The notes below the pieces were generated by a model. That model was not told the DNA's origin. It did not search any database and worked only from the letters and a program-made list of their open reading frames with translations. The position numbers and the translations under genes are program-made. Of a stretch of DNA of 64,000 bases, positions 13,039 to 27,300 are shown piece by piece (within the stretch, counting starts at the first letter, position 1; each line of letters starts with the position of its first letter). Source of the DNA: Intoshia linei (Eukaryota > Animalia > Orthonectida). The DNA is taken from the NCBI GenBank assembly GCA_001642005.1, contig LWCA01000033.1:7891-71890 (forward strand), given 5' to 3'.

Positions 13039-15149
13039 ATGCTACAACCCACAAGTGATTTTAATCTTGAAAATAGAGATGATGGTAAAGAAATTAAGAC
13101 GGAACGTGAAAATCTATTTGATAAATTTATGACAAATACCTTAGCAAGTTATGTATCAGAATGTAAATTTGATGTTTGATATTTTTTAAATATAACTTTA
13201 GATGGATATAAACCTTTGGAAGAAATTAAAAAAGAAGCAAATTTTGTCAATATTTATGCTATTGAAGGTTAATTATTATATGTAATCATATTTACCACCT
13301 TGCTATCTTTACTAGGGTTGGAAATTTACACAACAAATTTTTATCGATTTTCAACATTAATTTTTATTTATTCTTGTTTAACATAAAAAACCAATCTAAA
13401 TTCTACAGAGTGCAGCCCGCTCTAGATATTTTTTAACATTACTTACATTTGCGATATAGTTCATGTCCAGTGGGCATTGCCCACAGTATAAGCAGATCAT
13501 TCAAAAATATTAACAATGTTACCCTTTAACCACTATTTTGTATGTTTAGATACGATTAAACTACAAATGTCTTGCGAAAATTTTATTGTATAAAACATAT
13601 GCTGAACTTTTATTAAACGTAGGGTTATAAGTTTAACATGGCTTATTTATTGTCGAAATTATTTTTTAAAAACAAACATAAATATTACATGTTAACTAAT
13701 TTAGCTAAAATAAATGAAATTTAATATAATGCGATGAAAGTATAAGTGGCTTATAGTTTTTCGCTTACTGTAATCTCTATTTAAAAATATATTATGAATT
13801 TAGTATTCAGACAACGACAATATATGAATCAAACCGAATTTATCGAAATGGATAGTGATTGGATTGGTTATTTTTTTAACAGAAAAACCGTCACTGTTTG
13901 TAATGAGTTTATGAAGCACAATAAAAAAATTTTATCAGAAAATAAGTTTGCTGCCAATAATATCAATTTAAACATGGAAAACGATAAACAATGTATCAAG
14001 TGCTCTAAACAGTTTGATAATGAGGTTTTTATTTGATTTCTTTATTTTTCAATTTATAATTTTTTATTAACATGTTAAAAATATTGGTATAACCATCTAG
14101 TAACTAGATTCTAGTTTCATTAATTAATCATATCATATTATACAGCTTTATATTTAATTTTTAATATTATAAATTTATTTCCTTAAACTCAAAAAACAAA
14201 ATAAATATATTAAAAAACATCTTAAAAATTACAAAATGTAATTCTATTTTAGAGCGAATATTGGCAACATCGATTAAAAGAAATTGATTACGATAAAACT
14301 TGTTTTTGCCCTTTCTGTATATATATTAGTGAAAGTAAAACTATTTTTATGTGTCACTTGGAATATCATTTTTCAATAGACAATTACAATTGTCCCATAT
14401 GTGATTTTGTAGGAAATTCTAAAATGCATTTATCCTGTCATTTTCGTGAACATGGTGGAAATGAAGATTGTAATATTTGTCGGGTAATTTAAAAAATTTA
14501 AAATTAATAACAATAACAACTTTAAAAAATTTTCCCTTGTAGGGAATCCCTATCATTAATTCTAACAAAATAAATTTAGCAAAACAATGGAATATGTAAA
14601 CACAATCCAAAAATATTAATTAAAGATAACGGAAATGTGCAACTAACCCAAGATTACAAAAATGCCAACAACATATTTGAAAATGATACAATAATGGCAA
14701 AATTGTTAATGCAAGTTTGGAACACTATGAAAAAAATTGTTAAAGATAAATATAAAGAATCAAAATATATATGCGCTTATACATTATCTCGCTTATACTT
14801 GGTGGCAACCTTTTCAGTTTTTGAAAAAAATTCTATTGAATCTAAATTAGAAATAGAAAACGAAAAAAATAAATATTTGGACATTGTAACGCAATTAAAA
14901 TTACAAGAAAACAATCTTGAAGAAACGCACGATTCAAACACTGAAATTGAATTAATAAGAATGAAAAATTATTTTGAAAAAAAATCAACAAGTTGTATTG
15001 ATTGTAACTATAAAAGCTCAAATGTTGTTGAATTTGTTATTCATATCATTGAAAATCATTCTCAAACACAATCTCAATTAATTACCGAAATTGGAGGTTT
15101 AAATGTTGACATTACCAATGGATGTGTTGGTTTAAATTTTAATGCATAG
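13039..15149 (+). CDS. C2H2 zinc-finger protein, multi-exon
   Basis: Exons approx 13039-13162, 13202-13268, 13804-14026, 14252-14483, 14580-15149. Fingers CPFC-x12-HLEYH, CPIC-x12-HFREH and CIDC-x12-HIIENH. Start codon uncertain. Confidence 0.75.
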
Positions 15150-15357
15150 ATTCTTGAATTTTTAAATTTATAATCTTTTATTTTAATTTGTAACAATCAC
15201 ATTGATTTTATAATTTGTTATTTTAAATTAAATTTTATTTTATTCAATTTTTCGATTCTATGACATTATTAGATTTTGAAATTGCGATATTTAAAAAATA
15301 ATATTTAATTGATAACAACAAATTTTTAATTCGAGTTGAATTAAATTGCTTAAATAA

Positions 15358-18300
15358 ATGACTGATGTTGTGGAAATTTTTAATGTTTCAAAAAATGATT
15401 TGAAAGGAATAGTAATTTTTTATATATTTTTTTCATTTTAAAATTTTTATTTTTTTGTATTTTAGCATAATGGTCAATTAAGTTTTGATAACAATTGTAT
15501 TGTTTTTAATGACGGTAAAACTGGAAAAAAAGAAAATTTATCCGTTCAGAAAATTGATTGTGTTTATTGGATGCGTCGTTTAATTAATTTTGGAATTAAA
15601 ATTACTACTTTGGATAAAATCACAGTTAAATATGACGGCTTTATTGATAAGGTTTTTTCTTTCATTGATTCTAAAAAAATTTTTTACTGGCTAGTCCAGG
15701 TCAATAATGAAAGTTTAGGCGTCTGTGATCAGCTATGAGTTCCAATTTTTGACCGCAGCTCTCTAATACTTTGTATATACTAATTTTTTAATTAGGATTT
15801 TGACATGTTGTCAAGTATGTTGGATAAAAAGTATAATCTTAAATTGAAAAAAAAGGATACTTCAATAAAAGGTTGGAATTGTGGAAAATTTGAACTGAAT
15901 GGTATTTTATTTTTTGTAAGTCTAAATATTATTATTTTTAGACGACAGTGCAGAATTTTATGTTGACAATAAACACGCCTTGGATATACCATTAGAATTT
16001 GTTTCTCATGTGAATAAAATGAAAAATGAATTAACCTTGGAATTTCATAAAAATACTGACTTGGGCGCATGTTTATCGGAAATTAGGTTTTGTTTATCAA
16101 AAAACGATGACGATGAGAATGACCGATTGGAGGTATAAAATAATTTAATATTATCTTATTATATAATTAGCAAGTCTATGATAAAATAAACAATACACTA
16201 CATATTGATAAGTCGACTAGTCAATTGCTTTTGGAGATTCCAGATGTACAAGTTTCTACCCCTCGGTATATTGTTATTTTTGGTATATAATCGTTTTTAG
16301 TGGTCGATATGACATGAAAATTCATTTGGATTTCATGCATTTTCACGGAAAATCAATAAATTATAAATTATCCTTTTCAAACATAACGCGCATGTTTCTT
16401 TTACCTCACAATAACGAAAAACGCAAATATTTCGTTATTGGCGTCAATTCACCCGTTAAACTTGGTCAAATGCGGTATTACTATGTTGTGTTAGTTTTTA
16501 TGATGGAAGAAGAAGAATCTATTACGTTAGATCTTTCAGAGTTTATTTTTCGTTTTTTTTATATTTACTTAATTTTAGAGACGCTCTCAGTTCGCAGTTT
16601 AATGATAGCTTGACAAAGGTAATGGAAGGGTACATGTTTGACATTATTGGTAGAATAATGATGGCTCTAGTTCAGAAAAAGATTACTGTTCCAGGGTCGT
16701 TTAATTCGTAAATTGTTATTTTTTAATTTTTATTTTCCATTTTTAGAAGCGTCAACTCAAAGTTTATCAATTGTTCATATAAGGCTACTGTGGGATTATT
16801 TTATCCTCTTGAAAGAGCTTTTATTTTTATTACTAAACAAGTCATTTTTGTTCGATATGAGGAAATTTCAATTATCAAGTTTGTGAGAGCTAGTACAGAC
16901 ACGCTTACTAAATATTTTGATCTTAATATTATCACTAAAGCTGGTGTTAGTTATTCTTTTGGAGGTATAAACAAGTAACTTTTTGTTCATTTTTTAAAGA
17001 AAAGTATATCATTGTGTACCTTACATTCCAGCCCATTCATTGTATTCAAAAATTTACCAATACTGCTTACAAAACAAGACTAAATTTCTACTTTGACCAT
17101 CGTTTTTATGAATACAAATAAAATTAAAATTTATAAAATGTATTTACTGCATTAACTGTGAAAAAAATGTACTAAAAATTACTTGAATCGTACAGTTATG
17201 ACTGTACAAGTTGGATGTATTGTTAATTATCTTGTGTTTTATGTTTTGTACGGCGTAGAAACAATAATTAGGTCTAACCAGGTGACGATTCTTAGATTAT
17301 ATTTTCAATTCAAAAATTTAAAAAATATTGTTGATGTAATGGTAGCATGCTTTTTTTAACGGGCAGATGCACACTAATGTGGTTTAATATTTTTTTTATT
17401 GTAATATAACGTTAAATCTTATGTATCAGTGATTCTCAAAAAATGATCCGCAAGCCATTTATGTTCTTTTTAAAATTTGTGTGACCGATATGCTTTCAAA
17501 TTATTTTGTATTGATAAAATGTGATCCTTTAATTTAAGTCTTTAAATTTACGCAAAATGTTTTGAAAATATGAATTTGAGATTAAAAAATTGCGAAGGAA
17601 TGAATTATATACATTTTCACCCATATGGAAAAACATTTAAATGAAATGTGTATACGTTCAATGCACATTTTTTCTAAATTGTTGGATCAATATTGACATT
17701 TTCAATATGTATTTGGCCATTAATCCATATCGAAATATTTGAAAAATATTGGTTGATAATATATTAAAAATTATTTTTCACCCGGGAATGCGTAATTTCT
17801 GGGGTTTAAATTTTGTATTTATATTAACTAGAATAAGCTCTATCAGAATAATTTTTTTTTAAATTTTCGGACCGTTAATTATTTCACATTTTTTGTTTTA
17901 AATTAAAACGATTTAATTTAATTATTAAAATTTAATAAAATATTTCTGAAAAAAAATATATGAATACTAAAATGCTTTTTTTACCGTGAAGACGTAACTT
18001 ATTCAAATTGAAATAACTTGTGTGTGTTAGCAGGACACAACTGTACCATCTGTAATTTTTTTTAAATTCTAGGGCTGTTTCATTAAAAAAAAAGGTAATT
18101 TGTGGTTTTGGCCCTGAAGATATATTTTTTTAAATTTAAATTTATGATTTTAAAATCCGTATCAGAGTATATATTTTTTTTAATTTTCCAACTCGTTTGA
18201 TTTTCAAAAAATAGGACAATTCGGGTTTTTGACCCGTAGGATGTGAGTTTGGGAGGTTGAAATTTATTTTGTTTACACCCTCGGAAAAAACTTTAATTGA

Positions 18301-21213
18301 AATGTGACTTTATAAAATTCTAAGACTGGTAGTTATTGAAATAAACGGTAACACACACAAACAAATATTGCATAGCATATTATATATGTAAGGATGTAAA
18401 AACAAGTTTGAAATAATTTAAACTTGACTAACAAACTAAACTAATGATAACTGTTTATCTCTAGATATGATAAATCACCATTAGAAGAATTTTGGGAAGG
18501 TAAACATATCAAAGTCGTCTTGGAACAGGTTTGAATTTTTAAGATTTCAAAACATATTATATTTAATTTGTTAGGATAAATTTAAAATAAAACCAACATA
18601 TGCTGAAAGTAGTGAAGATGAGAGTATAAATATGAATACCGCAGAATTTGGAGATGAAACTTCTGGTATTTTTTTCAGAATAATTTAAACTTGCAGTTAT
18701 TTTACTGAAATTTACAGTAACTATCTCATTTATTTTGGGTTATAACGTTGGTTGAAATCATCATAATTATGATAAGCGTGAAAATTATAGATAAACCCGA
18801 AACATGAATTTCGTAAAACGTTAATAAATGAGCTATAACTGAATATAAAAAACCTACTGTACAAATAATATGATAAAATCTCAGAGGAACCAGAGACATA
18901 GCAACCAACCCAAAAATGATAATGATAAATCGAAGAAAATTATGGTCTATATTTGTCTTACTATTTTTGTATTAATTTTAATTATTGCATGGGGAGGGTA
19001 AATATTAACCAATTTAAAAATGATAGAAGGCATCGACGTATAAAAATGGCTTATTTAATTACACTACACAGTAGACAAAAATGACCTTTTTGGTTTACTT
19101 ATGTGGTCTAACCATTTAAGTATAAAGTGTGACGTCTTCTGAGCAGAACGACATTATTCACGATATTTGGTTGGATCGTTAACGTGTAGTAATTAACCAA
19201 TTAACATTTTCATTATCTATAGAAACAATAAACACAATTATTTAAATCGGCTATTTTTGTGCTTAAAAGGTTGTGTCTATCTACAGGTATATTTATGTCT
19301 TTTTAAAAAAAATTAAAAATTAATTAATAAAAAATTGTTATTAAACTTTGAATACTGAGTGTGATAAGAAGAAATTTTATTTTAAAATTAATTAATTAAA
19401 TAATTTTTTTTTTAATTATTAAACAAATATTATATTTTTAGCTTACTTATTCTAATGATCACATACATGTAAAACTAGAGTTAAATACAGATATTTTCAT
19501 GTATAGTTTATTATTAAGTTAAATCGATTCATTACATTACTCATTTATATATTATTTATTTATATAGTAATATTAATTTAAAGAATACAAATTAATTAAA
19601 TTTTTTATTTATTTTTTATATAACAAATATATTCAGAAATAATATTTAAAGGACGTAATTTGTTATAGCGGCTTTATATACATGAAGCTGCTGGTGAAAT
19701 CTTTCTCCATGTCCATCCGACCAGGAACCATAATTTAAAGGGAATAAATCAATATGAGATTGTAAAAAATGCATTTTAGGACTGTAGCGCTCATCTTTTG
19801 TTAATATTCCATAAATCCATCAATTAAATTGGAATATTATTTATTCAAAAAATATTCAATTAGAACTATAGTTTTATTTTTAATTTTTAATTGCCTAATT
19901 AAGCAACTTTGACTGTCAATTGGGATAATGAGATACGTCATTCTGCTCCAAATGTAATATACTAGCTTTTCTAATGGTCATATTTTATAAGTAAAAGTGT
20001 GTGTTGTCTAGTGTTATTTAACAAAAAAATTAAATTAAAAACTTTCTGTTTTCTAAATAAATGACTACACACTGTGTAGTCACAATAGTAAGTCACTTTA
20101 AGTCACACACTGTGATACTTAATGTGTAGTACACACTACATATGTTTTGCAACTTTTATGTTATATACAATGTATATTATACATGTATCTTATTGTTAGA
20201 TTAGGGGACTTTTTGTATTAAAATATTTTAATGGTTAAATTAATGAATGATATTTTATTTTCTGTTTGATTTATTTCATTTTAATTCTCCTTAGATTCGT
20301 CTTTCGAATACCATTCGGATAGTAGCGATATACGAGAAGAGTAAGTGTTTATTATAATTGTATTATGAAATTTAAGATATGAGAGTGAAGTCTATAATAC
20401 GAGTGATGGATCTAATGTTGTCTATTCTGACGCTTCTGTTAGATCAGATGTAATTTTGTATTTTATTTATGTTAATGTAATATTATTAGGATAAATCGGA
20501 TAAAGAAATAGATGGAGAAGCGTCTCCAGAAATACAACCTAAGAAAAAACGAAAATTAGTAAACTGTTATTATATAACCATTGTGCTTTCTATTACGTGT
20601 ATTATATTTTGGTTATTTTGTGAAAATAGTTGATGATAACTTCAAATTTGGCCTGACCTAATAATTTTGTACAACATTTAGTAGTGGGGGCATATAATTA
20701 TATATAAATGAATTTCGAAACTAAATTGTTTTTATAGATTGAATCACAAGAAAAACCAAAAAAATTAAAGAAAACAAAAAAACCTGTAGATAAAGATAGA
20801 CCTAAACGACCTTGTACATCATATATATATTTTGTGAATGATAAACGCCAAGAAATAAAAAATAAATATGAAAATATTTCGGTAATTGACGTTTCTAGAA
20901 AGGCTGGTGAAATGTGGAAACAATGTACTAATTCAGATAAAGAAGTAATTTTCATTCAATTTTAAATTTTATAAAAATTAGAAATATGTTGAGATGGCAG
21001 CAAAGGATAAGGCTAGGTATATTGCAGATATGAAAATATATAACGATAAAATGAAGGATAATCCTGCAAAAAACGATAAACAAGATTCATTTAAAACGTA
21101 ATTAAAAATGTTTAATTTCATAAAAATTTAACTTTAGAAAAAGTCCTAAAAAGGCAATTCAAAGCCAAGAAAATATTTCTGATGATATTTCATTATCTTC
21201 TATTGATGACTAA
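15358..21213 (+). CDS. SSRP1: FACT complex subunit SSRP1 with C-terminal HMG box
   Basis: ATG 15358. Spliced peptides include DTSIKGWNCGKF, NELTLEFH, STPRGRYDMKIH, RMFLLPH, PVKLGQMRY, KKITVPGSF, GLFYPLERAFIFITK, an acidic stretch, and HMG box DKDRPKRPCTSYIYF...KAGEMWK...YVEMAAKDKARY. TAA at 21211-21213. Confidence 0.95.
17590..18395 (-). mobile_element. Helitron-family repeat in an SSRP1 intron
   Basis: Shares internal blocks (ggttttggccctgaagata, gggaggttgaaattt) and the terminal cacacacaaacaaa...tatatgtaaggat with copies at 41931-42338 and, inverted, 53058-54000. Confidence 0.65.
19620..19870 (-). mobile_element. Degenerate DNA transposase relic (Sola2-like) in an SSRP1 intron
   Basis: The - strand reads YSPKMHFLQSHIDLFPLNYGSWSDGHGERFHQQL, then after a frameshift RYNKLRPLNIISEY. 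This matches the widespread transposase motif SLKxHFLHSHLDFFPENLGAVSDEQGERFHQD..KRYQG. Superfamily assignment is from memory. Confidence 0.65.
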
Positions 21214-21350
21214 TTTGTAATGATGTAATTGATGCATTTTATAATGACGTGCACAATTGTTTTAAAAAATTTATTAAAAACATTAGATATTTAAAAAAGC
21301 TATTCAACAATTATATATATTAATATAAAATAACAATTAGACAGTAACAA

Positions 21351-24300
21351 TCATTCGTTCAGGGGCATATTAACAAAATCGTCAACTTCGAATATATAAT
21401 TTGGTCTTTGATATATTTGACCCGATGCATCGTCTGTAGTGTATATTTCTTCGTCATTTTCAAATTGTTGGTTTGTTTGATTAATTTCATTGTTGGTTTC
21501 TGGCATGCTTATTTGTCTTTGGTGGTACCCGTTATTTATTGGTTTTAAATTTTCCTTATAAATTTCTTCACCAAGTTGGTGGATGGATGAATTTGCTGTT
21601 TCTCGTTGATTTGTGTATCCGTTATAACTTTGTGGGTGCTATTGTAATATTATTAAAAACTTTACATTAAAAATTTCTCTAAGGTCAACATCTCAACATT
21701 ACTGTTTATTTTTATAATTTTTAATCGATACCAAAAATAAAAAATAGTGTTGAGATATTGATTTACGCTAGTTAAACTCCCATCAAAATGAAAAAAATTG
21801 TTAATCCATCTAAACCTGTTTTAGTACTTTCAAAGCTAGGGACTCTCAACCTTTCTTGATACAATTCTGATGCAAAAATGTGATATCTCTCACGTGTTGA
21901 TAAAAACTTGCTATATCATATAACCTATGTGATTTATCTTAATCATCCTAATTTATGTATAGTTATTAATGTGTCACATTTTTTGCAAATTTTGAGTAAT
22001 TGAGAGGAAATTAGAACTAAATGTGTGTATTTTTAAAATAGAAAAAATATTATTAATCAAAAACATTTAACGCTATATTCGAGTTGAGTTTGTCATTTCA
22101 AATTTATCATATACAAATTAACACTGAAAGTTATTCTAGTGCAAAGTAGATATAATTATATATTCATGGTGATGGGATTTTTACATTGTAACCAGTTTTA
22201 TGTTATAATCTTTTAAATTAAACTATAAACAAATATAATCCGCATAATTATCATTGAGTTTTATTGATGGTTAAAATCCTAAAAATGTAATAAATATTGT
22301 ATTTTATCATCAACCTTGGTAAAAAACGAGAAAATGAACTATAGTAAAATTTGAAATAATGAACCACATATAATATAACACGGGCTTCAACATAATAACC
22401 TTGAAAGTGTCATTATATATATCTACTTTTTATATGATAACGCAAGTCGAATATAGTGTTAAAAATTTTCATTGCAAACTATTCTTGAACCGACTGATAA
22501 CTAATTGTCCTTGATTATTAGATACCTGTGACACTCTAATATTTATACATGATTATTTTGATACAATTTATTTTATAAATAGATGTAAATATATTATGAA
22601 AAATATGTAAATATACGTTTATGTTTATGTAATTTGAGTATTCATGATTTTGTTGATTGGAAGAATAATTACTGGAATCTACGATTTGCACATTGGATAT
22701 AGGATTTTTGTTATAATCGACATTGTCGTTTTGTTTTTTTTCTAAAAATTAGAGTTGAAAAAGACAATTTAGTTATATACTTTGTAGTTGATAATTGGTG
22801 ATGTCTATTCAACCAAACGAGATAAGTGTAATTGATGAACCCAAGAGTGAGTCAATTGAATCATAAATTGAATGTATCATAATTTTTCAGGTTTCAAATC
22901 AGAAATATAAATTTTACATCAACAATCAAAAGGTCAACTAGTTCAACAAATTTCAGTCTCAGCTAATTATAACTAAGTCTTAGACAAGAAGCTAGCAGAA
23001 TAAACATTTCCGACCGAAAACGTGACTTCAAACAAAAGAATTTTAATAACTAAATTGAAGCCTCATATGTTCACCTTAGAATTTAATATTATTCTCATAC
23101 ATTTTGTTGTGATGTACAAGACACCTTGTCATTTATTGTCATTATTTTAATCATCAATATTCTTTTTAACATTTTGAATCAAATATTTTTTTAATTTCAC
23201 ATTAAAAAGATAGAAAAGGATTTGGATTACATTGGAAACATTCATACCGCATATACCAGTATGAGAAGCGCTGGTTTAACTGAAGTATATTATTTTTCTA
23301 GATTCAACACATAATCTAATTAATTTTTTTTGAATGAATAAAATAAAAAAAAATTATTATTATTTTATTATAAATAAATTTTTCTGTAAAAAATGAATCT
23401 ATAAGATTTTACTCAAATGTAAAGATCATCGCATCAAGGTGAATCACACAAACAAGATACATTATATCAATATCATTTTTACCCTAAAATCGATATTTAT
23501 TACATCACATTTACTCAGTAAAATACCTCAATAATAATAGATATTGATATTTTAAGATTAAAGTGCATTACCTTTGAATCCATTAGTTGATCCATTCCTA
23601 TAAAACTTTGGATCATATTCACAGTTACCATTCACATGCACATTATGTTCATTGTTTGTTTCATTGGTTTCTTCACCCCAGTTAGAAACCACATTCACAT
23701 GTGCAGCGGAATCTAGGTATGACTAAATCTAGTTAAAATATTTCTAAACCTCCAGAGTTTGTCATTACAATCTCGTTTTGATTATACAATATTGGTTCGT
23801 AATAATTTTGGAATATTATATCTTCACTTTTTCTACGGTATTTTTGTGTGTTTTCATAATTTTCCAATGTACTGTAAGATTCACTGAATACAGCACGATT
23901 AGAATTGTAAAGCGCTTTTACTGCTTGGTTTGGATTATTGTATGCTGAGATCTATATTTTATAAATTAATCAATATTTAATCTACTCAAAATGGTTCTAT
24001 GCAAATATTTTAACATTTTTTCATAAAATAAATGCCATCTAAAAAATTTTTATATGAAATATCTTGTAAAAAGTTTAGAATCAATGAGAATGTAAATTAT
24101 AATTATCAGATTTCAAAATTTAAATAATTTTGCTATTTCAGGCACGTGATTTGTACACAACGACCGTATGCGCATAAAATTTTTTAATTCTACTGGTTTG
24201 AATACATAACTAATAAGGTTTAGGAAATTCTGTTTTCAGAAAGGCAATTACATAAAAATTAATTTTTAATGGATATCAGATTTATGTTGAACTAATAATG

Positions 24301-27300
24301 TTAATTTATTTATATGAATAAAAGTAAATGATATAATTGGCACATTTTCATATTCAGATTCTGCGTGTAAAAGATTGTATTTAGTCTGCTAGTGCATTAC
24401 TACTGTTAAATTCGTTAACATTCAATTTTCTACGATTAAATACAAGAAATGGTGATTAATCAACTCTATAGAATGTCCCATATAAGCAAAAGATATGGAA
24501 TAAAAAATTATCAAAATATTATAAAAACAAATAGAAATAAATTGACCATGCTTTTGAAAAATTATATACAAAATGAAATCACGTTGAGCGGTATTAGGTA
24601 ATCGAAAAAAGTGAAAAATTATATATTTAATTAGACTTGACATAATCTAAATATATCATTCATAATCAAGATTCCAGATCCCTCTTGGACTTTAATAACA
24701 AAACATTGAGTAAATAACAATGGATGATCTTCCACCTTCAAATGTCCGTAAACGTGTACTAAAATGCTGGAATCAGTCATTGGTTGAGAATCAGTTTTGC
24801 ATATTTGATGCAAAATTTCTTTTGGATGTTTTTCTTGCAATTTCACAATAGAGGCAGCTCCCATAGCTTCATTCCCTTCATATGATGCTTTTGATTCATC
24901 ATTATACAGGTTTCCTAAAATTTCTCGATTTGTTCTGTATTTTTCATAAAAAACGGTGACAAATTCTTCTGCAATAGTTTTCCATTCCATATTAGAAATA
25001 TAAAAATTTAAATGTCTCGAATTATTTACAAATATATCAACTTTATTTAACTTTAATGAATTTAATTTATATGACAGTTATTATGGTGAAATGAACAAAA
25101 AATGTTTTAATTTTAAGAGACATTTATTCTATTTGTTTTTTATTTATTTATTTTTAAATTTTTAACACAAAATTTAAAAAAATACAAAATCGAGATTATA
25201 AATTTGGGAATTATTTATATTGATCTAATGTTTTATCAAGCTTAGTACTTTATAGGATATAACTTATATAAACAACGAAGGTTAAGACTATGTGACTCAT
25301 TATGTGACCGATGGCTCATTAAACTCATGTGTGATTTTATCAAATATGCATATATCAATATGGTTCGAAGAAAATTAACATGTTTCAAATAATTAGGTGC
25401 CTAAAATTTAAAACGACATTATTATACAAGATTCTTTATTTTATTGCTTTCAATTAGATTCAACTGTGAATTTTACTACAAAACGTTTATATTATAAACA
25501 TTTATAAATAATATAGATTTCACACTGGGTCACATACTGTGACCTATCTAACATCTGGCACCTTCCGCGAAATTATTCTGACCCTCCCATCTCTCGAGTA
25601 TAATGTAATCATTTGTATACAGATTATATTTATATCTTGTTTACTGATTAATCACTTTTGATGAAGCGAAAATTTTCACAGTATCCACAGATAGTATTAT
25701 TCGCATTGCGTATCAATGTACTAGGGTGTTTTTCAAATGTGGTAGCATTTGTTATATTTTCATAATAATATCATTAATAATGTACACTGTTTTAGCTTGA
25801 CTATTATGTACTTTGTACAAACATCAACTTTTTAATTTTAAGACTGAATTTGGGGTTTTGGCCCTGAAGATATAATTTTTTTTAATTCTCCAACTTGTTT
25901 AATTTTAAAAAAAAAGCACAATTGGGGTTTTTGACCCGTAAGATGTGAGTTTGGGAGATTAAAATTTAGTTGGTACTTATTTCAATAAAATAAAACACAC
26001 ACAGACACACACAAAAAAATCGCGTAGCCTTTTAAATAAGTTTGGATAAGTTATTTTTGACCGGGAATTTTTAGATTTGTGGGGTTAAAATTTTTTATCT
26101 ATATCAACTGGAATAAGCTGTATGAGAATAATATTTTTTTTAAATACAAGCACCATTGATTATTTAAAATTTTTTGTTTGTTAATAAATTAGTTACAAAT
26201 TAAAAAAATCAATTCTAAAATTCTTTTTTGATGTGAAGACGTCAATTTGTAAAATAAATTGATCTTTTTTGTTCAGGTAACTGACAATAACAATTCGCTA
26301 TGATTTTTTTAAAATTCTACAATTCTTCATTTTTTCAAAAAAGTGTTATTTGAGGTTTTTATCGTGAAAAGCAAGTATTTCAAGTTGCGTTTAATGATAA
26401 TGCTTATTATTTTGAAAAAAAAACCCAGAATTTGTTTTATAAAATTCTACATGTATGACTTTTTTAATTTTTTAAAAAAAGGATAATTTGTAGTTTTGAC
26501 TATGATAATGTAAGTTTTGAGGTTAAGATTTATGGCAATGTTAATGCCCAGAATTGGGCAATTTTTTTTACATATTTACTCAAAGATCACCAAAATTATT
26601 ATGTGGGTGACTGGTCGTCGACTCCTGATTTAAAGCGTTCAAATTTAAAATTTTACTAATTTTATTATTTTATTCTGGAACAAATCTCATCTCTAGCTTT
26701 GAAATTTTTAAAAATAAGACGTAAAATTAAATGAACACCATTTCAACATCCAACGCGATCCTATTATCGTATATCACTATATTAAACTAATTCAAAAATG
26801 TACACAATAATTAGTGTCCAATGAATTCGTTATAATTAGATTAATTCGTGAGTAAAATGCGATAATTATGGACAATTAACGATTCTGACATATTAAATAC
26901 TGAATTATAATAGATAAAATATATAATCTCGACATCTATGATAATAAATAGCCTGTGACAAGGAATAAAATATGAAAATCAAATTAACAAAGAATTTATC
27001 ATGGATAACTGGTCAACTTATATTTGAATTAATGATTAATTAAAATACAATAGAATTAATAAATACATTAATGTATAGATCAAAATTTTATTATAACTAT
27101 ATTTAACTATGAACGATATATTCTTGGTTACAAATTTTAGACGTGTGGCTACATTAGACGTACATGTGTATGTTATGAATCAACAAATATATTATATAAT
27201 AATGTTTTATTGATCTTTCTACATGCATACATGTATAAGAAATATGAAATGCTTATTATACAATGATACATTGTAAATTGATAAATTATTAATGTTACTA

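Noticed and set aside
18726-18908. Hydrophobic ORF in an SSRP1 intron
   Set aside because: Overlaps an arm of the dispersed foldback repeat; hydrophobicity is expected from AT-rich codons.
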